Assembly: GCA_964016885.1 (NCBI GenBank)
Contig: OZ024740.1
Span: 350,114,001-350,178,000, forward strand
Reading direction: 5' to 3'
Origin: Eledone cirrhosa
Lineage: Eukaryota
Length of the DNA stretch: 64,000 nt
In this document: in pieces, positions 56,308 through 64,000 of the stretch
Position numbering within the stretch: position 1 is the stretch's first letter
Layout: every line of letters starts with the position of its first letter
Position numbers and translations under genes: made by a program
Notes under the pieces: model-generated
Seen by the model: the letters and a program-made list of their open reading frames with translations, nothing else
Told to the model about the DNA's origin: nothing
Database searches by the model: none

Positions 56308-56362
<55 letters not shown>

Positions 56363-56715
56363 GACTTGTTCATGTGGGCGGTTACGGTATGCATTACCAT
56401 AGGAATAAAACGTAATCATATACTAATTACACTTGTACATATTTCTTGTTTGTAATAGCTTGTGTGTGCACGTGGGCATATGGCACCTGCGTGTGGCGTT
56501 GTGTTTGCATGGGGCCCAGGCTGGGACCATATTGGTATCAGATTAAAATGCTTCGCAGCAGTTATACCAGCTCCCATTTCATATCCTGATTATATATCCC
56601 TCTTGATGTCTGCATTGATCTTCATCGATTGATGTTCGGCGACTGGAGGATGTACCATCGTAACCTCGTAATGTCGTACGTGATGCCTTACGATAACTCT
56701 TACGGACCCTTAGAC

Positions 56716-56898
56716 AATTGGTTTCCAAAGTGGGTTCCGTGGGACACAATGGTTCCTCAAAGGAGTGTTTGGGCTCCTGTGAACAAAGGTAGAGGGCTAT
56801 ATTTATATTACGACCATATAACAATATTAGAATTTGAGTTCCCCCAAAACTTTTGAACCAAAAAGGGTTCTGCGTTTAAAATATTTTGGGAAACCCTG
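56716..56898. mobile_element. hAT-Charlie-like MITE
   Basis: Ends tggtttccaaa/tttgggaaaccctg; 8-bp TSD ccttagac/ccctagac. Confidence 0.6.
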
Positions 56899-57633
56899 CC
56901 CTAGACAATACCCCTATCTTGAGTTGTGGAGAATTTTATATATTATACCACTGTGATTCTCCTTCTGCACCGCCTAAGGAAAGCCTCTGCTTCAGGGCGT
57001 GCCTGAATGTGTACACATATATACATGTAAAAGGTTAACCAAACTCATATGAGTTCGTGTGCATATACTGATATGCACATATACTCCTAGATACATATAT
57101 ACACCTAACAGGTCAGCATCTGTCACACACTATGCTGGTCAGCCTGTCACGCTTACGCACACTCTCTTTCATAGACAACAATACACAGACAATAATCCTC
57201 TAACCATAGTCATAGTCTGCTGCGCATCATGATTTTCATACCAACACAGCTGTTAACAAACAAACACACACACCCAAACCCCCATACTGAATTATTCCTG
57301 CCGCCTCAATGATTATCTCCCCTTCTGTAAATCTATACATGTGTCTCGCTCTACCGAAATGGGATGATTTCATCCTATCAAAAATTTTCCCCTTTTCTTT
57401 CTTTACTTACTCTCGTCTATCTTATTAAATCTTCTGTTCTATTCCAAATATTCTCTGTTCATCCTCTCATTCTATCTTCCGATGATAGACTAAAATCCGA
57501 AACAGTAAACTGTTTACATTTTTTTCTTCTCTATCAAGTGTTAAACTCTTATTTATCATTGCATTGTAATTTTTCTTGTTGAATTTCATATATGAATATA
57601 TATAGGTATGCATAAATATACATATGCATACAA

Positions 57634-57711
<78 letters not shown>

Positions 57712-57715
<4 letters not shown>

Positions 57716-58047
57716 GGCGTTGGATGCTTAGAGGGTCCGTATGCGGTAGGCCGTTTGAGCACTCGATGCTCTCACAGAGCAGAGTATGATATCACAAAAA
57801 GAAAGAGAATCAGCGTTGCGACGAATGGAATTTATTAGACATATTACAATCGTTTCTCTGGCGACCAGCTCGAGGAACGATCGATGTGATGATCTAACCT
57901 GACTATGAAAATCGCAAGGTCCTTGCGATTTTCAGAGTCAGGTTCGATCATCACATCGATCGTTCCTCGAGCTGGTCGCCAGAGAAACGATTGTAATATG
58001 TCCAATAAATTCCATTCGTCGCAACACTGATTCTCTTTTTTTTCTGT

Positions 58048-58051
<4 letters not shown>
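57712..58051. mobile_element. Near-perfect palindromic fold-back in (TA)n
   Basis: Arms at 57789-57919 and 57921-58051 with a 1-nt centre; the left arm is about 77 nt longer. Confidence 0.85.
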
Positions 58052-58099
<48 letters not shown>

Positions 58100-58193
58100 C
58101 ACAAACATATATATTCATATATATATACATAATACACACATGTGTGCGTGTGTCTGTGTCTGTGTGTTAATACATACATACATATATATATAT

Positions 58194-58470
58194 GTCAGGT
58201 CACCAGTTGGTGCTACTGGTAACATGTATCCCAGTACAACCTGTCCCATGGTCGGGTCGTTGGCGACTAAACTGGCAACCCCACCAAGGTTTCTTGGTGA
58301 GGAGGGTGACTTTGGACATCCTGCAAGACTAAAAACAAAACCTGTCAAAGGGCAAAGGAGCTCTTAAGAGTCAATGGCCATCCAAAATCACCGGGAGAGA
58401 TGACCCCTTAGCCTTTGTCAAGGCAGAATTCTAGGAGAAGGAAAACTCTGATATCACACCTGCAACCCTG
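58194..58470 (+). mobile_element. Possible RTE-like 5' UTR fragment
   Basis: ctaggagaaggaaaactctg...acacctg motif recalled from RTE 5' regions. Confidence 0.4.
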
Positions 58471-58954
58471 ATGATATCCAATGATGTTGACTTGTTCTTC
58501 TTTTTGGTAAATATCATCTTGGTTAAGAGAGTGGGACTGGCTTTGTGCAGTGCCTTTGCTCACTATAAAAACTTCACGGCACAGGCATTGCTTTATATCT
58601 GGAGATCTCTCTGCACTTGTCGTCACATGGTACCATGGGCCCAGCACTATGTGTCAATAATTGTCACATGTGTAGTGTTTGTACCAAAGTTTTCAAGTCG
58701 CTGGCTGGACTGAAAAGTCACACTCGTTCAGCGCATCGGTAGGGGTCCTCCTACATGGATATAAAGTAGTGGCCGTACTCGAAAACGAGTTGGCAGCCAC
58801 CATATATATATATGTATTTACACACAGACACAGACACACGCACACACACTCACACTCACTCAGGCACACGCACACACACGCACACACACGCACACACACT
58901 CACACTCACACAGGCACACGCACACACACACACACGCGCGCACGCACGCACACG

Positions 58955-59089
<135 letters not shown>

Positions 59090-59526
59090 TGGGCGTAATT
59101 TGGGGATGGTTTGACTGATATTTCTGGTAGAGAGATCTACCGCGTAGATGGTCCCTCACTGGCTCCTTGTGTTGAGATTGCTTGATAGAAATCTGAGATT
59201 GAGTTGAGAATCAATTTAAATACATTACAATATTGAATTTATTCATTCGACATTGTTAGTTATAATCTCATTGATGCAAATATTGTTTTCAATATCTCTT
59301 ACATGTCGAGAACATGATTTATCTCTCTCTCCTCTCACCCCTACTCCATCTCGTAGGAAAATAATTCCCTTGGGTCTAATCCAAAGGAATCAGTATTTCA
59401 AATAAAATAATGAATTATTCAGTATTTTACTGATTGCGATAAATTTGACTGTGTCCATGCTACCACCGAAAAATATTTTACCCAATCCTCTACCAATTCT
59501 ATCACCTATTAACATATTATCCTTGT

Positions 59527-59741
59527 GGGCGATGGATTGGTAGTATCAGTAGAGCATCTGACAACATGCTTTGTGTCACAGAGTTACTGCTCTTTACGTT
59601 CCGAGTTCAAATCCCGCTAAAGCTAACGCTTTGCCTTTTATCCTTACGGCGTCGATAAAATAAAGCTCATGTAATGCACTGGGGTAGATTTAATCGACTC
59701 CCCCTACCCAAATTGCTGGTCTTGTGCTAATAGTAGAAATC
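59527..59741 (+). mobile_element. Dominant SINE family, full-length
   Basis: gggcgatggattggtagtatcagtagagc...gagttcaaatcccg...tagtagaaat. Confidence 0.85.
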
Positions 59742-60432
59742 CTTATTTTTCCACTAATAAAGATAATATTAGTAGACAACAAACAATAATCACATGTTTT
59801 TAAATATATTAAAAAAAAAAACGACATAAAAAAATCATCGATTTTAATTCGCACAAGATGAACATCACAGGTTTATTTATTACTTGATCGGAAGGACAGA
59901 AAGGTATAGCTAATTTAGTATGACATTGGTACGTAACTCTATGATATTCTAAAATATTACATGAAAGTAGCAGTATTGATCTGTATCGATTCTGTTGGTA
60001 CACAGAAGATTTTTACAATTTTTTTTCAAAGATAGACTTGAATTTAAAAAAAAACAGATGACTGTTTTTTCCTGCTTACATGACATCAAAGTTCTAATAG
60101 AGGTCATAGGTTATATCACTCAACGGAATGGAAATGGGTTTTTGTTGACAATTCAAAAAGACGGTTAAATCATGTTTTACTCACAACGGAAAATACATTT
60201 GCTACGATTCTAGAAAGCCATTCAATTCATTTAAGAAATGTTATGGTAGTGGAATCAATATTGGCAAAGATTACAAATAATGATAATATTCACGTAGGGG
60301 GACTTAAAAGATTTACTAATTTATTCAAGGTAAAAAGGCAGTGATCTATAATTTGTGACTGACATAAACTATCAACAACGAAATATCACTTATTAAACAA
60401 GGTTGTTGGTTAATGCTGCCTCTTATTTAACC

Positions 60433-60745
60433 GGAGGCGCGTGGCTTAGTGGTTAGAGCATTGGGCTTGCAATTGAGAGGTTGTGAGTTCGATTCTCGGA
60501 TCGGGTGATGCGTTGTGTCTTTGAGCAAGACACTTTATTTCACGTTGCTCCAGTTTACTCAGCTGTAGAAATGAGTTGCGACGTCAGTGGTGCCAAGCAG
60601 TAGTAGTCATTGTCTTTCCCTTGGACACCATTGGTGGCGCGGAGTGGGGAGATTGGTATGCATGGGTGACCTTGCTCAGGCTTTTGCTCTGGAGGGAAAC
60701 TTTCTAGGTGCAAAACCATGGTCATTCGTGACCAAGTGGGGCCTA
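60433..60745 (+). mobile_element. Second tRNA-derived SINE family
   Basis: Box A gtggcttagtggttag and box B gagttcgattctc, followed by tgtgtctttgagcaagacactt...actcagctgtagaaatgag, a conserved SINE core-like motif. Confidence 0.8.
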
Positions 60746-61603
60746 TTTATTCAACTGAATTTTCAGTTACACATTCAGACACACACACGCACATTATCTT
60801 ACAACTGACAAAAACATTTTTATAACAACTGATCGAGAAGACCTATGACCAAAGTCATTCCAGCTGTGACGATCATGTGAAAGGAATATATAATAGCATT
60901 ATCCAATATGTCATTTTCCAAAACGTTAGAATATTATACGAGGGAGAATTGGTTGTTATTATTAGCAGATAGTTTCGAAATACTTCCCAGTTAAGAGTGC
61001 TACTGGATATTTATTACAAAGCATTTTTGTTCTGCACCTGTACTCCTACAGCATTTATTTAATTGGGGGTGGGTTATCGAGTTTAGTTGTGAAGGTAGTA
61101 GAGAGACAAGTAACCTTTTAGAAAAGAAGAGTACTTGCAACAGAAATATAATCATTTTACAAGACAAAAATTGCTGTGTCTCATGAGAAAAACAAAACTC
61201 CGAAAACCAAACATCGAAAATGTCTAATACATTTTAATAATATATGATTAGTGATTTTGGTTGTCATACACAGATTAAGGAATGATGTTGTCGTGCGTTT
61301 TCTTGTTATAGTTGCTTAAATTAAACATTTGAAGATAACGGTTGGTTTACATTCAGAATGCATAAATATAGATTTAGAATTAAATGCCACATTTAAAGAG
61401 CATGTGTAAAATTTTATGTTTTTAGCTTTAAAGGTCGATCTTTTAGGATTAAAAGTTAGCATATGTTCATGTCATTGTATGTGTATACATAAGTATATTT
61501 GTTCATGTATGTATATATGTCAGTGAGTGAGTGTGTGCGTGTGTGTGTGTACGTATGTATGTATTTAATGTATTTATGTATGTGAGTATGTGTGAGTGTT
61601 TTT

Positions 61604-61673
<70 letters not shown>

Positions 61674-62060
61674 AAGTATTGTTGTTTGCTTAAGTTAACT
61701 TTAGGAATAACATTTTGAAATGTAAAGTCAAAAGTTCTAAATAGGTAGGTAGGTCGATAGATAGATAAAAAGAGAGATGCATGCATATATACATATTAAC
61801 ATTCATATATAAATACACACACGCATCGTTTTAAAGTCCAAGTTTCATGCTGGCATAGGTTGGGAGGGGCGCTTTTGAGACATATGCCATTTCCGACGCC
61901 AATCCTTACTTTAAGTATGACCCCTCTTCTGCTGATATTCATCCAATGCTATATTTAAGAGATATAATCGTTGCATTGTGTATGTGTGCATATGTGCATG
62001 TGAGAGAGGGGGCGAAGCGAGAGGGTGATGGGTTGATATATATATATATATATATATATA

Positions 62061-62597
62061 TTGTTATATTTGGGGAGGGTCATATTTGCGTAATATTGCC
62101 AGAATTAATAACAGAACACACTCACTGTTTGGTTGGTTTTCGCTTCTCGCTGTCTTTTATATATATATATCTGCGATCTAACTTACTCGGTCCTCAATGT
62201 TGCCATTGACTGACCGGCGGTCAAAAATAATACAGATACAATATAGACACAAATACATATATATAGTTTACATAATTTACATAAATCTTTCGTTGCACAT
62301 CTGCAACATCGTCAGTGGTGTTATATTCACTGTTCCTCCTGTTGTGTTGTATGTCTACGCCATTTTTTTATTCAGTCTGTCTATATATTTATTTATTTAT
62401 TTGCTTGTTTCTTTATCTTATTTTATTTTGTCTTCTTTGCGCATGCGTTTGCGTGTGTGTATAGTGTTATGTGTGATGTGTGACTAGTGTGTATAGTGTT
62501 GTGTCTGCTGGGTGACTAGTGTGTGTTTATGTGCTTGTTGTTATTGTGCTTGTGTATGTATTTATTTATCTTATTTTATTTAATTTTATTTACTTAT
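62061..62597 (-). mobile_element. 3' UTR/pseudo-LTR of the PLE at 62598-63917, ending in (TA)n; carries an HHR-like core at 62288-62315
   Basis: 62061-62521 is near-identical to 7106-7541. The minus strand reads CTGACGA-T-GTTGCA-GATG-TGCAAC-GAAA. Confidence 0.85.
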
Positions 62598-63917
62598 TTA
62601 TACTTCTCTTAGGTCAGTGTTGTTTGTTTGGGTGTTGTTGTTGTTCCACTCATTCTTTCTGTTTAGCTTTGGTCTTCTAATTTCTATTTCACTGGCCTCT
62701 CTGATTTGCCTATCTGCTGGGTCATTCCTATGTTTAGATATTATTCTAATTTCTATGTTATCTATGTTACCGTCATGTTGTTGTCTAGCATGTTCGTATA
62801 GTACTGACCCGTTTTTTCGTCCTTTTAGTTCCCCCCAGTGTTGGTCTATCCTTTCACCTATGCTACGAGCTCTCTCACCTATGTATGTTGTTGTCATGTT
62901 TCTGCAAGTACCCTCTGTACATCTTATGCTATAGACTACGTTTCTAGTTTTACAGTTTATCCGGGGGTTCACCTTACATATGATACATTTCCTATTGGTA
63001 CAGTGGGTTTTCTTAAAAGGGTAGGTTTTGCTGATCAGGGATTTTATGGTGGTTCCTGGCTTTTCTACCACCTTTATTTTTAAGTGGGTCTTTCTCAGGG
63101 CCTTTCTACACTGGTTAGCTAATTTCCCTCCAGGGGTGGCGTCCACAAACATGACACTCTGATATCTCTGGTTGTCGTACCATGATGTGGCCTTCCCTAT
63201 CTTATGTCTAGCCCTATCTAAGCTATTCCATGATTTGCTCCTGTATAGTGGGCAAATTCCTTTCATGTCCAGTTCTATGAGGGTCTTATACTTTTCCATG
63301 GCTCCTTCGTATACTCTGACTCTGTCTCTTTGGTTGTAGCCAGAGAACTGCATGCGGTTGATGAAGTGTTGGATGTGTCCTTCCATTTCTGTTGGGTCGC
63401 ACATGCTGGACACATTCTTCATCACTCGTACCAAATCTGCGATCAGAATATTAAACTTAGCACTACTGGACATTGCTGAGTTTTTGAGTATCAGGTATTT
63501 GGAGGCCATGGGTTTAGCATAGTGTGAGTGGAGAATTTGGGCTCTCTCGTCTATAGTGTTAATCCAGAGTTCTGTGTCTAATACAGCTAGTCTATTGTTA
63601 GGGTGTTTGGAAGGGTAGTCTATAGTTACAGTTATACTCTGGTGTATGGAATTAGCTATCTGCTGGATGCTTTCCATCGTGCTACGTTCTAAATCAAACT
63701 TGTTGGTGCTCTCTAGTGGGGGTGTTCTTATAACTATATTGATATCGTCTACATAACGAGAGTACATGATGAGGTCTATGGAGCTTTCATTAAGGAGATC
63801 TTTAAGTCTCCTTTCCCACCATACCACGAAAAGGTTGGCAACATCACCAGCTATGCTGACGCCGATGGCTGCTCCCTCATTTTGGGTGTAGATTTTCTCA
63901 TTAGGGTAGTTTTGATA
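62598..63917 (-). CDS. Penelope-like element ORF (RT C-terminal half, Cys-rich linker, GIY-YIG endonuclease); 5'-truncated, frame intact; Neptune-like by motif recall
   Basis: The frame is open upstream of the annotated start (NEKIYTQNEGAAIGVSIAGDVANLF). Motifs: RT YSRYVDDI, LAVLDTEL, MQFSGY; CTNRKCIIC...CKTRNVVYSIRC; YIGERARSIGERIDQH; RQIREA; PKLNRKNEW. Confidence 0.92.
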   Translation of the reverse strand, partial: YQNYPNEKIYTQNEGAAIGVSIAGDVANLFVVWWERRLKDLLNESSIDLIMYSRYVDDINIVIRTPPLESTNKFDLERSTMESIQQIANSIHQSITVTIDYPSKHPNNRLAVLDTELWINTIDERAQILHSHYAKPMASKYLILKNSAMSSSAKFNILIADLVRVMKNVSSMCDPTEMEGHIQHFINRMQFSGYNQRDRVRVYEGAMEKYKTLIELDMKGICPLYRSKSWNSLDRARHKIGKATSWYDNQRYQSVMFVDATPGGKLANQCRKALRKTHLKIKVVEKPGTTIKSLISKTYPFKKTHCTNRKCIICKVNPRINCKTRNVVYSIRCTEGTCRNMTTTYIGERARSIGERIDQHWGELKGRKNGSVLYEHARQQHDGNIDNIEIRIISKHRNDPADRQIREASEIEIRRPKLNRKNEWNNNNTQTNNTDLREV

Positions 63918-64000
63918 CTAGCCCCTATTGCATGTGCGACCATTTTTCTTACCTGATCAGTGTTATATATATACCCAGCTTATGCTGACCGGACAACCAT

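Larger units (their letters stand above)
55013..56310. mobile_element. PLE fold-back with GIY-YIG coding remnant and HHR in both arms
   Basis: 55013-55577 is inverted at 55647-56252; the right arm extends to 56310. Confidence 0.9.

Overview
AT-rich, microsatellite-saturated eukaryotic intergenic or intronic DNA. The SINE family, (TA)n/(CA)n density and element mix suggest a cephalopod (octopus-like) genome; this is inference only. No host protein-coding gene is recognisable, and most ORFs in the track are translations of microsatellites. Recognisable content: (i) Penelope-like elements (PLEs): two 5'-truncated RT + GIY-YIG copies (44107-45890 +; 62061-63917 -) and several endonuclease or 3'-end fragments; (ii) a young 5'-truncated Tx1/L1-type LINE (45905-48689) and an older relative (2388-3315); (iii) R4/Dong, RTE and mariner remnants and MITEs; (iv) about a dozen clear copies of a tRNA-derived SINE. 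The standout observation is about 25 type-I hammerhead-ribozyme (HHR) motifs from 10 or more sequence families, including core variants UUGAAAA, CAGAAGA and CCGAUGA. Many sit in short PLE 3'-end insertions in (TA)n with a recurring architecture: two copies fused 5'-to-5' as a fold-back, 3' ends pointing outward into the microsatellite, one arm usually about 60-95 nt longer. There are also ~510-530 nt units with terminal direct repeats that look retrozyme- or pLTR-like. All RNA folds were done by eye and coordinates are approximate to a few bp.
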